Shown: piece after piece, positions 9,617 through 18,333 of the stretch
Position numbering within the stretch: position 1 is the first letter of the stretch
Layout of the letters: each line of letters begins with the position of its first letter
Assembly (NCBI GenBank): GCA_018304635.1
Contig: JAGVVW010000003.1
Location: 1-49,962, forward strand
Reading direction: 5' to 3'
DNA from: Candidatus Aenigmatarchaeota archaeon
GTDB lineage: Archaea; Aenigmatarchaeota; Aenigmatarchaeia; GW2011-AR5; JACRMX01
Length of the DNA: 49,962 bases
Made by a program: the position numbers and the translations under genes
The notes under the pieces: model-generated
The model's input: the letters and a program-made list of their open reading frames with translations, nothing else
Told to the model about the DNA's origin: nothing
Databases searched by the model: none

Positions 9617-9793
9617 CTGATATCCATCCTTCAGCTAAACACATAGCTTTATGTTCATTTAATATCGGACCCCCGAATTGTTGATAGAAACCATATAATT
9701 GAGCTCTTGTAAAATTATCTTCTACGAAACTTCCACACTTTTCTTGCATTATATCATAAAAATTTTTAAAATCCACTACAATCACCGAAATAA

Positions 9794-9979
9794 CTACTTT
9801 TTCTGTCCCCTGCTTTCCTTTGCCTTGAGCCTAAGAGCCCGCCTTCCGCATTTTCTGCATTTTATCTTGCCACGAATAACACGCATTCTGTCTGAACGAA
9901 TTTTTGCATTGCATTTCATGCATATAAAAATATTAGTAAATAATCGCGATGTTGCAACCGGATGAATTTTCTTTGACAT
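9794..9979 (-). CDS. rpl40e: 50S ribosomal protein L40e
   Basis: ICMKCNAK...KCRKCG..ALRLKAK. Confidence 0.9.
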   Translation of the reverse strand: MSKKIHPVATSRLFTNIFICMKCNAKIRSDRMRVIRGKIKCRKCGRRALRLKAKESRGQKK

Positions 9980-10047
9980 AAGAGTTATTTCGTATAGTTA
10001 TCTTTTTATAGGTTTTTTAAGTTATTGTGCAGGATAATATTGCTTAT

Positions 10048-10683
10048 ATGACATCAGAAATCGATTTCAATATAGCTATTTCAGGCACTCCAGGCACAGG
10101 CAAAACAACAGTTGCAAATTCGTTGCAGAGAATGTTAAAAACGAAATTAGTGATAATAACCGAATTAGTTAAACAGGGAAAGGTAAAATTTAAACTGGAT
10201 GAAAAAAGAAATTGCAAAATCATTGATGCGGATGAGCTGGATAAAGTAATAAATGAAAAAGGTGTTATTATAGAAGGCCTGATTTCTCATATGCTGGATT
10301 GTAAATTTGTTTTCATCCTAAGATGCAATCCAATTGTGCTCAGAAGCAGGCTTAGGAAAAGACGGTGGCAGGAAAAAAAAATAAGAGAAAATGTTGACGC
10401 GGAAATTTTAGACAGCATTGCCATAAGTGCCAGCCAATATCACAAGAGAAGCAACATATTTGAAATTGATACGACACATCAGAAACCTGAACAAATAGCC
10501 AGAATTATCAGAAAAATTATTCAGGCATACATTAGAAGAAGGCATAAAAAGTTTTCTGAAGAATATAAATTCGGAAAGATTAATTGGACAAAAGATTATG
10601 GAAAAATGCTGATAAGAAATATCAATCAAAATTCACATAAAGTGATGCTAAAAGGTGGAGAAAGTAACAGAAAAGAAAATTAA
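10048..10683 (+). CDS. atypical adenylate kinase, Fap7/AK6 family
   Basis: ISGTPGTGKTT P-loop, IIEG..SH, LRCNP..L..RL, KIRENVDAE. Confidence 0.88.
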   Translation: MTSEIDFNIAISGTPGTGKTTVANSLQRMLKTKLVIITELVKQGKVKFKLDEKRNCKIIDADELDKVINEKGVIIEGLISHMLDCKFVFILRCNPIVLRSRLRKRRWQEKKIRENVDAEILDSIAISASQYHKRSNIFEIDTTHQKPEQIARIIRKIIQAYIRRRHKKFSEEYKFGKINWTKDYGKMLIRNINQNSHKVMLKGGESNRKEN

Positions 10684-10752
10684 TAATAAGCGAAGATTGC
10701 CAAAATCTTTCTTTCCGTACACGAGTCTTTCTTTTTTGAAAAAAGAAAAAGC
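10670..10752 (+). repeat. CTTTCCGTAC hairpin element, copy 1
   Basis: AAAGAAAA..GCGA..GCCAAA..TTTCTTTCCGTAC then CTTTCTTTTTTGAAAAAAGAAA; related copies at about 35394 and 44605. Confidence 0.75.
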
Positions 10753-10767
10753 TTGAGGTGTTTGTCT

Positions 10768-11565
10768 ATGTCAAGTATTAGGGTTGTATTGCTGTTTGGG
10801 TTGCTCATAGGCATATTCTTAGCCATAGGCTTTTATTTTGCTGGTATTTTTGGCGCTATTACAGGCCTTGTTATAGCAACTTTTCTGAATATTATAATGT
10901 ATTGGTTTTCTGACAAATGGGTCCTCGCAATGTATAAGGCAAAACCCTGTGATGACAAGGAGATTAAAAGTATTATAAAAGGCCTGAGTGACAAAGCAAA
11001 AATACCTGTTCCTGCATTGTACATTATTGACACAGATATGCCAAATGCATTTGCAACTGGCAGATCACCAAAGCGTTCTGCAGTTGCTGTGACCAGAGGA
11101 CTGGTTGAAAAGCTTAATAAAAATGAATTAAAAGGGGTCTTAGCTCATGAAATATCCCATATTAAAAATCGCGATACACTCGTGAGCGTGGTTGCAGCGA
11201 CACTCGCTGGTGCAATTTCATGGATAGGATACGTATTCATGTTTGATGATGACAGAAATATTGTAGGATCAATTTTAATTTTCATTTTGGCTCCGATCGC
11301 AGCTATGTTGATTCAGATGGCAATTTCTCGAAGCAGGGAATTTGGAGCTGATAAAACAGGAGCAGATCTTAGTAATCCGTTTGATCTGGCATCAGCACTT
11401 GAAAAAATTTCAGAAGCACCTAAAATCAAAGCCAGCAATCCATCTGCAGCTCATTTATTTATTGTGAATCCATTCTCTGGCGGAGCTGTACTGGAATTAT
11501 TTTCAACACACCCGCGAATTGAAGAAAGAATTCGCAGGCTGAATAACATGAAAGTGAAGTTCTGA
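10768..11565 (+). CDS. htpX: zinc metalloprotease HtpX (M48)
   Basis: PNAFATG, AHEISH, SRSREFGAD, FSTHP; GAGGTG SD. Confidence 0.95.
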   Translation: MSSIRVVLLFGLLIGIFLAIGFYFAGIFGAITGLVIATFLNIIMYWFSDKWVLAMYKAKPCDDKEIKSIIKGLSDKAKIPVPALYIIDTDMPNAFATGRSPKRSAVAVTRGLVEKLNKNELKGVLAHEISHIKNRDTLVSVVAATLAGAISWIGYVFMFDDDRNIVGSILIFILAPIAAMLIQMAISRSREFGADKTGADLSNPFDLASALEKISEAPKIKASNPSAAHLFIVNPFSGGAVLELFSTHPRIEERIRRLNNMKVKF

Positions 11566-11678
11566 ATAACTAATGAGAGAAAAGAAATTTTAAAGCTGGA
11601 AAAATAAAACGGAATTGGTTTTTGGAAGAGGCAGTGAAAACAGGCAAGATAAAATTGTGGGAAAATTTAAAGCATTGA

Positions 11679-11942
11679 TTATTCCTTTTTCAGTCTTTTC
11701 TTATAGATTTTATCTCGATGATCAAAATCAAGAAGATAAATTTTATTATTCCGATAGACATAAAGCAGTCTGAAGGGTGGAATATATATTTTTCTCACAC
11801 TTTTTTCATGACTTAAAAAATCCCCTATTTCAGGATTCTCGATTATTTTCGTAAGTTGCTTAAGTATTCTTTCCTTTAATTGCCGGTCTTTTATCTTTTT
11901 TGTTTGTTTATCGAATTCATCTGATTTTATGACTTTCATCAA
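11679..11942 (-). CDS. RelE/ParE family toxin
   Basis: 87 aa, ENPEIG, FRLLY, FDHRDKIYK; downstream of AbrB antitoxin. Confidence 0.85.
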   Translation of the reverse strand: MMKVIKSDEFDKQTKKIKDRQLKERILKQLTKIIENPEIGDFLSHEKSVRKIYIPPFRLLYVYRNNKIYLLDFDHRDKIYKKRLKKE

Positions 11943-11950
11943 GGCACCTG

Positions 11951-12244
11951 CTATATTTTAACCCATTTCTTCATATCCCTGAGAAATTCGTCCTTTGTCT
12001 GAACAATTAATTGACCTTTTTCAATTTCCTTTAGTCTCCTTTCAGCTATTTTAACATCTACCATGTCTTCCTTAAGTTGCTCAATGATTTTAGCTTTCAA
12101 TCTTTTCATCTGCTGAAAAATCAGCTTATCCTCACTCCTGAAAACAATAAATTTTTCACCTTTCTTTATCTGTAGCTCCTCTCTGAATTCCTGAGGTATT
12201 ACTACCTGACCTCTTTCTCCAACTTTGGATATCTCTATCTCCAT
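11951..12244 (-). CDS. AbrB/MazE family antitoxin
   Basis: KVGERGQVVIPQEFREEL. Confidence 0.88.
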   Translation of the reverse strand: MEIEISKVGERGQVVIPQEFREELQIKKGEKFIVFRSEDKLIFQQMKRLKAKIIEQLKEDMVDVKIAERRLKEIEKGQLIVQTKDEFLRDMKKWVKI

Positions 12245-12331
12245 TTTTAATCACCTATATGATAAATATGACTAATCATATTTAAAGCTATCGAGCAAAT
12301 AATACTGAGACAAATTAATTACAAGACAAAA

Positions 12332-12847
12332 TTATTTTCTGCTATAAATTAGAGACATCAAAGCCAGTAAACAGCCACGTTTATTAGGTGCATTTCCTGT
12401 TTCTATATCGCTTTCTGCTGGGTTTTCCGCTGGTGCTGCTGAAGTAATAACTGGCTCTATTATTCTTTCTGTCATCGGAATACGCTCACCATTAATTATT
12501 GCATTTACTTTATTCGGGTTCCCGAGGAAATATGATTTTTGCATATATTCATAACCGAACTCTGCCCATCTTTCACGCTCAATTATTTCAATCCCGTGCG
12601 ACATACCTATTAGTCTGCCCTGATAGCTTCTATCATGCAAGGTTTTGGCTATGTCAGGACCCTGTGTCAATCCTCTTTCATTGTTCATGTCGCAGAAAAT
12701 CATATCATATTCGAATAAACTGTCAAAGTTATACGGAAAATCCATAGTTTCATACTCTATATCCGATCTCGATCTTTGCAAGTCCTGAAAATATATTTCT
12801 ATGATTTTTCTCGTACTCACATTATCGTCTATTGTACATATCCTCAT
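12332..12847 (-). CDS. stand-alone receiver (REC)-like domain protein
   Basis: ICTIDDN, IFCDMN (phospho-Asp), IGMS and conserved Lys (MQKS). Confidence 0.6.
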   Translation of the reverse strand: MRICTIDDNVSTRKIIEIYFQDLQRSRSDIEYETMDFPYNFDSLFEYDMIFCDMNNERGLTQGPDIAKTLHDRSYQGRLIGMSHGIEIIERERWAEFGYEYMQKSYFLGNPNKVNAIINGERIPMTERIIEPVITSAAPAENPAESDIETGNAPNKRGCLLALMSLIYSRK

Positions 12848-12883
12848 TTTTCACTGCCCCATAATTAACAGTAAATGAAAAAC

Positions 12884-13756
12884 TTAAATAATTAATTTCC
12901 TAACCTTTGCCACGAAAAATCCATTGGTTCCATTGTGCTGCGGATAAATTCGCAGGCATTTTTTAATGTCTTTATGAAACTGCTTTCCATTCCATGACGT
13001 TAGGCTGTGTGATGATGCAAGGCCTTTGATTTTTATTTCTTCAAGCCCGGCGTTGTTGTTTTTCATCAGCCCGCTGATTACAGCTTCATTTTCTTCCGGT
13101 GAAAATGTGCAGGTTGAATAAACCAAAATACCTCCAGGCTTGAGCAAAGACCATGCATTTGTTAAAATCTGATGCTGCATTCTGGATAACCGCTGGATTC
13201 TTTTCAATGACCAGAGTTTCATTGTTTTTTCTATTTTATTTATAATTCCTTCACCACTGCATGGCGCATCAACCAGAATCCGGTCAAAATTCATGTTATG
13301 TTTAAACTTCAGAAATCTGGCATCTTTGTTTGTTATTGTAATATTTCTTATGTTGTATCTTTTTACATTTTCTCTCAATCGCTTAATTCTGTTTCTGTCT
13401 ATATCATTTGCCACAACCCATTCTGCCTTCTGGCAAATATCTATTGTTTTGGATCCGGGTGCAGCACAGATATCCAGAACTTCTTTTTCTCCTGGTTCAA
13501 GAGCAATAACAGGCACACATGATATCGGGTCTTTGATAAAAACTTTATCAGGATATTCCCTGAAAATTTCATTTGCCTGCTCTGTAAAGTAGCATTCACT
13601 GGACCACGGAACAGGATATACACCAAATGCTGTTTTTAATTGTTCTTCAATACTGCTGTCAAAAATCTGAACAGCTTTTTGTGTGCGTTTGGAATAAATA
13701 TCAGGGTTTATGCCAAGCTTTTCGAGCCTTTTAATAAATTCAGATGAGAATTGCAT
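12884..13756 (-). CDS. RsmB/NOL1/NOP2/Sun family RNA m5C methyltransferase
   Basis: LDICAAPGSKT, ILVDAPCSGEG, VYSTCT..PEENE; start likely MQFSSEF at 13756. Confidence 0.93.
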   Translation of the reverse strand: MQFSSEFIKRLEKLGINPDIYSKRTQKAVQIFDSSIEEQLKTAFGVYPVPWSSECYFTEQANEIFREYPDKVFIKDPISCVPVIALEPGEKEVLDICAAPGSKTIDICQKAEWVVANDIDRNRIKRLRENVKRYNIRNITITNKDARFLKFKHNMNFDRILVDAPCSGEGIINKIEKTMKLWSLKRIQRLSRMQHQILTNAWSLLKPGGILVYSTCTFSPEENEAVISGLMKNNNAGLEEIKIKGLASSHSLTSWNGKQFHKDIKKCLRIYPQHNGTNGFFVAKVRKLII

Positions 13757-13804
13757 TATATTTCTTGGTACAGAATGTTTTTGAGGTTGAGTTCGTTTTG
13801 TGTA

Positions 13805-13970
13805 TGATTTTTTCAGCCTCCAACGAACCATGACGCATTTGATAGATTTTTATAGATGCGTCTCGTGGGAACCATGACGCATCGAAGATGCGTCTTTCGT
13901 TCGTGATGGAGAGACTGGAATGTTGTAAACATGAGATGTTTACGACACATGTAATTCCAAAGGAATTATA
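13805..13970. repeat. nested hairpin element (same family as 1549-1848)
   Basis: CAGCCTCCA...TGGAGAGACTG enclosing two AACCATGACGCA...TGCGTCT hairpins, then GTAAACAT/ATGTTTAC and TAATTCC/GGAATTA. Confidence 0.8.
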
Positions 13971-14063
13971 ATGAATCTTTTATATGATTTTACATCTCAA
14001 ACCACATCAATTTTCTTTGCCGCCATTGAAAATTGGGTAAAGAAAATCTTCATCATATACAAA

Positions 14064-15659
14064 TCAAATCTGTTTCCTGATTCTTCTTTCCTGTCTTGTT
14101 GCTATTGTTGTGCCATATGCCCGCTTAGAAAGAATTGTTCTAATCAAATCTAGATTGTTTCCAGGAAGTATAACTTCTTTTTCATGAATTATATTATTCA
14201 TATAAGGCCCCACAGCCATGTCCCATATATCCATTATCATTGACAATCCATATCTGGTTGCAGGGTTTGATTTTTTTAGGATGTCGTTGCCAAGCACTCT
14301 TATCCATTTGATGCTGTGATTATTGCACACAGCCAGAAGTTCCCAGTGAGCATAGCTCATTTTTTCTTTTGTAAAGCCCTCCTCTTTTTGCAATTGGGTA
14401 GCTTCCATCGGAACAAAAAACAATGGAATTATCAGGCTTTTATAATTTCTTAAATCTTCAATCAGTTCAATTGTTTCAACCATGTCCTGCTCTTTTTCTC
14501 CAGGCAGGCCCATGATTAATGTTGCGCATGGCACCCAATTGTTGTCATGGAGCAGCTGGAAGCTGTCATGAACAACATTTTTCCATTGTTCTGGCTTGAA
14601 TGGTGAGGTTTTTCCCTGCATATGTTTTTTGATTAAATCAATACTGGCTGTTTCAATTCCTGTCTGGCCTGATATCCATGGCGAATCTTTGGAACCAAGC
14701 TCTAATATTTCTGACAACTGCTCAATTAATTTTGGCTCCTGCAAAGCTGAAGAAAGTGCGAGATGGCTTATGCTGACGTTTTTGGGTTCAGTAATTTTTG
14801 TCACAGCTCTGAAGAGTTTTATAACTTCTTCCGGATTAACATTAATTTTATTTGCTTTATACCTGATTACATCTTCAGCATGCAAAATTACATGTTGTTC
14901 ACCTGATGCCTGATTTACCTGAATCTCGCTTATTATTTTCTTTATTGGATAACACCTGAAATTCCTCATTGTCGGGCTGCAGAACTTACATCCCCTACCG
15001 CAGCCGCGTGCTATTTCCACCAGACCGCATATAGATGGTTTCCTGATCAGTGGTATTTTATCAACGTCAACAACTCTGCCTTCAATAATTCTCGGCAAAG
15101 GCTCGCCTTTTATGGCTTTTTCAAAAAGTTCGCCAACAACCAGTTCACCTTCACCTAACACTATTGTATCTGCATTTACTTTTTCATTAATCAACTGCCA
15201 CGAACCCGGGCCTCCTACAATTTTTTTCAGGTGCTTGTAATTTTCTAAGGAGTTTATCAACTCTCTGAATTTACTGGCTGAAAATGCCTGTGTTTGCGGA
15301 GCTTCAATAAGCTGTGTCAATATTCGTGTTGTCGGGCCTTTGCCCATAATATCATTTCCACAAATACCAACAACTTTGGCGTCTTTAGCAAATCTGTGAA
15401 TTTCTGTTGGCTGGACAACAGCTATATCCTCTTCATTAAATCCGTATTCAATCAAAGCTGCCTCAATTTTTCTCAGGCCATAAGGTGACTGTTTTACAAT
15501 GCCGTCTTTTTCATACTCGACAGAAGGTGCAAACATCCTGTAAAATACAAAATCAGGAATATATTTTCTTGGAAAACAAGTAGCAAAACCAGTAAATATA
15601 ATATCATTATAGCTGCTCATCCACGAACGGTCAGCTGTTAATATAATTTTGGGTGGCAT
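14064..15659 (-). CDS. radical SAM protein with N-terminal B12-binding-like region
   Basis: EIARGCGRGCKFC (CxxxCxxC), GEGE, GIETAS, IMGLPGE. Confidence 0.9.
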   Translation of the reverse strand: MPPKIILTADRSWMSSYNDIIFTGFATCFPRKYIPDFVFYRMFAPSVEYEKDGIVKQSPYGLRKIEAALIEYGFNEEDIAVVQPTEIHRFAKDAKVVGICGNDIMGKGPTTRILTQLIEAPQTQAFSASKFRELINSLENYKHLKKIVGGPGSWQLINEKVNADTIVLGEGELVVGELFEKAIKGEPLPRIIEGRVVDVDKIPLIRKPSICGLVEIARGCGRGCKFCSPTMRNFRCYPIKKIISEIQVNQASGEQHVILHAEDVIRYKANKINVNPEEVIKLFRAVTKITEPKNVSISHLALSSALQEPKLIEQLSEILELGSKDSPWISGQTGIETASIDLIKKHMQGKTSPFKPEQWKNVVHDSFQLLHDNNWVPCATLIMGLPGEKEQDMVETIELIEDLRNYKSLIIPLFFVPMEATQLQKEEGFTKEKMSYAHWELLAVCNNHSIKWIRVLGNDILKKSNPATRYGLSMIMDIWDMAVGPYMNNIIHEKEVILPGNNLDLIRTILSKRAYGTTIATRQERRIRKQI

Positions 15660-15704
15660 TGGTGAAATCTATATTTATTACTCTTTTAATACTTGTGTTC
15701 GAAA

Positions 15705-15733
15705 ATGAGTCGTGGGAAATTTTTCCTACTCAT
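15705..15733. terminator. inverted repeat, possible terminator
   Basis: ATGAGT.GTGGGAAA/TTTCCTACTCAT imperfect stem between the micro-ORFs and the radical SAM gene. Confidence 0.35.
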
Positions 15734-15784
15734 GGGAAAAAGAATAAAAAGGCGAACGCTACATAACACCCTGACGAATCGCCA

Positions 15785-15907
15785 CTATGTGTTAAGAAAA
15801 GGAAAGGTTTCACCTGTATCTGTCTCTGTCACTCTTTTTACAACATTCAAATCTTTCTTATTATGAATTCCGTAGTAATGTACTGAACATACTTCAACAA
15901 TTTTCAT
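15785..15907 (-). CDS. 40-aa micro-protein
   Basis: MKIVEVCSVHYYGIHNKKDLNVVKRVTETDTGETFPFLNT; GGAGGT SD. Confidence 0.5.
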   Translation of the reverse strand: MKIVEVCSVHYYGIHNKKDLNVVKRVTETDTGETFPFLNT

Positions 15908-15911
15908 ATAA

Positions 15912-15992
15912 TTACCTCCAACCTGTCGTGTAAAACAACGAAATATTTTCTCTGTTCTTTTGTAAATCCATTATTGTAAATCCATTACTCAT
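15912..15992 (-). CDS. possible 26-aa micro-protein
   Basis: MSNGFTIMDLQKNRENISLFYTTGWR; fills the gap between two micro-ORFs (5 and 4 nt spacing). Confidence 0.3.
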   Translation of the reverse strand: MSNGFTIMDLQKNRENISLFYTTGWR

Positions 15993-15997
15993 CTTAC

Positions 15998-16105
15998 TCA
16001 CTTCCTGCTTGCAAATTCTTTACCACAAAATCCGCAGAATACAAGACCCCGAGCTTCCACTATGCGGCCTTCTTTACAGCTTCTACAATGTTTTATTCCT
16101 GACAT
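15998..16105 (-). CDS. 35-aa CxxC-CxxC zinc-ribbon micro-protein
   Basis: MSGIKHCRSCKEGRIVEARGLVFCGFCGKEFASRK; AAGGCGA SD-like. Confidence 0.65.
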   Translation of the reverse strand: MSGIKHCRSCKEGRIVEARGLVFCGFCGKEFASRK

Positions 16106-16158
16106 AAAAATCGCCTTAATCATCACCCAAAACACCTAATGTCTTTTCTGCAATTCTT

Positions 16159-16242
16159 TCACACTATGGTCATGGGCCGGGGTGAATCGTATAATCTGAT
16201 ATTGTGTTCACTTATTTCATATGCACTGGTTAATTGAATCAT
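16159..16242 (-). CDS. 27-aa micro-protein
   Basis: MIQLTSAYEISEHNIRLYDSPRPMTIV; AGGTGA SD; TTTTAATA box upstream. Confidence 0.4.
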   Translation of the reverse strand: MIQLTSAYEISEHNIRLYDSPRPMTIV

Positions 16243-16527
16243 ATACTATTCACCTTTTTTAATCAGATATTACTACTACCGAAAAGTATTAAAAGGTTTT
16301 TCGCTTCTTAAAGGTAGTTATTTCATTAGTTCAAACTCGGATATTCTTATAACATATGTATTTATCGTAAAAATGACATCAAATTCCTTTCAGTATAACC
16401 CGATCACGACACACGCAACCAGAATCCGGTGGGATTGTGTTCCCACTAACATATCTATATATCTCCAAAGAATAAAAGCTTTGCGTAAATCCTACCTAAT
16501 TTTCGTAACGTGTATTTTCAAAAATAT

Positions 16528-16582
16528 ATTCAGCAAACTGAATGCAAAATACTTTCACATTCAGCAAACTGAATGCAAAATA
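16528..16582. repeat. 24-bp direct repeat with internal palindrome (possible operator)
   Basis: ATTCAGCAAACTGAATGCAAAATA at 16528 and 16559, just before a TTTAAATA box. Confidence 0.7.
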
Positions 16583-16640
16583 AAACTTTAAATATTCTAA
16601 ATATACAAAATCAAATACATTTGAAAAGAGAGGTATCCTT

Positions 16641-16739
16641 ATGAAAAAATTCGAAGATGATTATGAAAGTGATCCATTCGACGATGATGATTTTGATGAA
16701 GAAGAAGATGACGACTCTTTCCCCGAGGATGAAGAATGA
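16641..16739 (+). CDS. 32-aa hyper-acidic micro-protein
   Basis: MKKFEDDYESDPFDDDDFDEEEDDDSFPEDEE; GAGAGGT SD; ATGA overlap with next gene. Confidence 0.6.
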   Translation: MKKFEDDYESDPFDDDDFDEEEDDDSFPEDEE

Positions 16740-17560
16740 AGTTAAAACAAAAACTGAAAAGCATTGTTCCGGAATGCTTGTTTGATTTTATTCCGAATTC
16801 TTTTGACATTCTGGGAAGCGGGGAAAGGGCAATAATTATTATTGATCTTCCCAGCGAACTAAAGAAGTACAAAAAACAGGTTGCTGAAGCTCTTCTTGAA
16901 TTGTATAAAAACGCTGTTTGCATTCTGAATAGAACACACAGCCGCGAGGGTATGTTCAGAAATTATAAATATGAAATTCTTACTGGTTCAAATGACACAG
17001 AAGTCATACATAAGGAACATGGATTAAGGTTTTTAGTTGATCCGCGAAAAGCTTATTTTTCCTGCCGGGAATCAACAGAACGCAGCAGATTGCAGCAGCT
17101 TGTGAAAACTACAGATAATGTAATGGTATTTTTTGCTGGTATCGGGCCAATACCTGTCTATCTGGCAAAAAAATGCCGCAGGGTTGTTGGTATAGAAACC
17201 AACCCAAAAGCTGTGGAATATTTTAAGGAAAATATAAGGTTAAACAAGCTGAACAATGTTGAAGCTGTATCAGGTGATGTCAGGGTAAAAATTGAAAAAT
17301 TCTCCGGCAAGTTTGACCGTGTTTTTATGCCACTGCCGCATGAAGCTTTGAATTATCTGGATGAAGCTGTCAGCTGCCTGAAGCACAGAGGAATTATCCA
17401 TATTTATTTCTTTTCAGGCGAGGATGAATTGAAAGAAAAGCAGAAAGAAATCAGGAAACTGATTCGCGGTAAAGTAAGTTTCAGAAAGCCCCAGAAAGTT
17501 TTGCCATGGGGACCCGGAATATATAAATATAGGCTGGATATTGAGGTGGAGAAATCCTGA
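16736..17560 (+). CDS. Trm5/TYW2 (Met-10+) family tRNA methyltransferase
   Basis: HKEHG..F.VD..KAYFS...STER, FFAGIGP, ETNPKA, DRVFMPLP. Confidence 0.9.
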   Translation: MKLKQKLKSIVPECLFDFIPNSFDILGSGERAIIIIDLPSELKKYKKQVAEALLELYKNAVCILNRTHSREGMFRNYKYEILTGSNDTEVIHKEHGLRFLVDPRKAYFSCRESTERSRLQQLVKTTDNVMVFFAGIGPIPVYLAKKCRRVVGIETNPKAVEYFKENIRLNKLNNVEAVSGDVRVKIEKFSGKFDRVFMPLPHEALNYLDEAVSCLKHRGIIHIYFFSGEDELKEKQKEIRKLIRGKVSFRKPQKVLPWGPGIYKYRLDIEVEKS

Positions 17561-17605
17561 AAACATTTCCTATTGTTCATCCTTGTGGTAAAGTTCCAGG
17601 AATAA

Positions 17606-17797
17606 TTAGCATGTCTTTAACTCCTTGAGGAAATTATTTTTAGTTTTAGTCTCAAATCTACCTTTATCACGTTCCTGCCAGGCTTTTTCAGTTCTATCTG
17701 CAAATTCGAAATCTTTTTTCAAGTCATTTGCTATGCTTCTCATATTTCTCATTATAATTCTTCCACGGTCCTTTACCATTAAAAACTCATCTCCCAC
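17606..17797 (-). pseudogene. 5'-truncated AbrB-type antitoxin remnant
   Basis: GDEFLMV..KGRFETKTKNNFLKELK resembles the C-terminal two thirds of 11951-12244; the N-terminal GQVVIP motif and a toxin partner are absent. Confidence 0.55.
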
Positions 17798-17826
17798 ATT
17801 TAAAGGTTTAGGACTATTTAATATCC

Positions 17827-18285
17827 ATGGAAGAATGTCTTTTCTGCAAAATTGCAGCTGGAAAAATTCCCATTAAAAGAGTCTACGAAGATGAACATAC
17901 CGTGGCTTTTTTGGATATTAATCCTGCCAGCGAAGGCCATACTCTGGTAATTCCAAAAAAACATGCTGCGACAATCATGGAAATGGACGAGGATGACCTG
18001 AAACATCTTAGTTCAACTGTCAGGAAACTGAGCAGTCATATCATGAGTGTATTGAAGCCGGAAGGAATAAATATTCTTCAGAATAATGGCAAAGCTGCTG
18101 GCCAGCTTGTGCATCATGTTCATTTTCATATAATTCCGAGAAATGAGGGCGATAAAATCACAATAGCATTTCCGCGCGGGCAGACAGATGAAACTGGACT
18201 GGAAACGACGAAACTAAAGATTGCCATTACTTCTTCTGGGAATAAACAACAAAGCCATTCTGTAAAAGGGGCATTTGGTTTTTAA
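17827..18285 (+). CDS. HIT family hydrolase
   Basis: CLFCKI, GHTLVIPKKH, HVHFHII. Confidence 0.95.
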   Translation: MEECLFCKIAAGKIPIKRVYEDEHTVAFLDINPASEGHTLVIPKKHAATIMEMDEDDLKHLSSTVRKLSSHIMSVLKPEGINILQNNGKAAGQLVHHVHFHIIPRNEGDKITIAFPRGQTDETGLETTKLKIAITSSGNKQQSHSVKGAFGF

Positions 18286-18333
18286 TTCAGGAATTTCAAG
18301 TTTTTTATAAGAAACAGTGCGTATGAATTAATT

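Noticed and set aside
13757-13831. N-terminal extension of the m5C methyltransferase in the ORF track
   Set aside because: The ATG lies within the hairpin repeat; the more plausible start is 13756.
16528-16582. mini-CRISPR
   Set aside because: Only two 24-bp copies separated by 7 bp.
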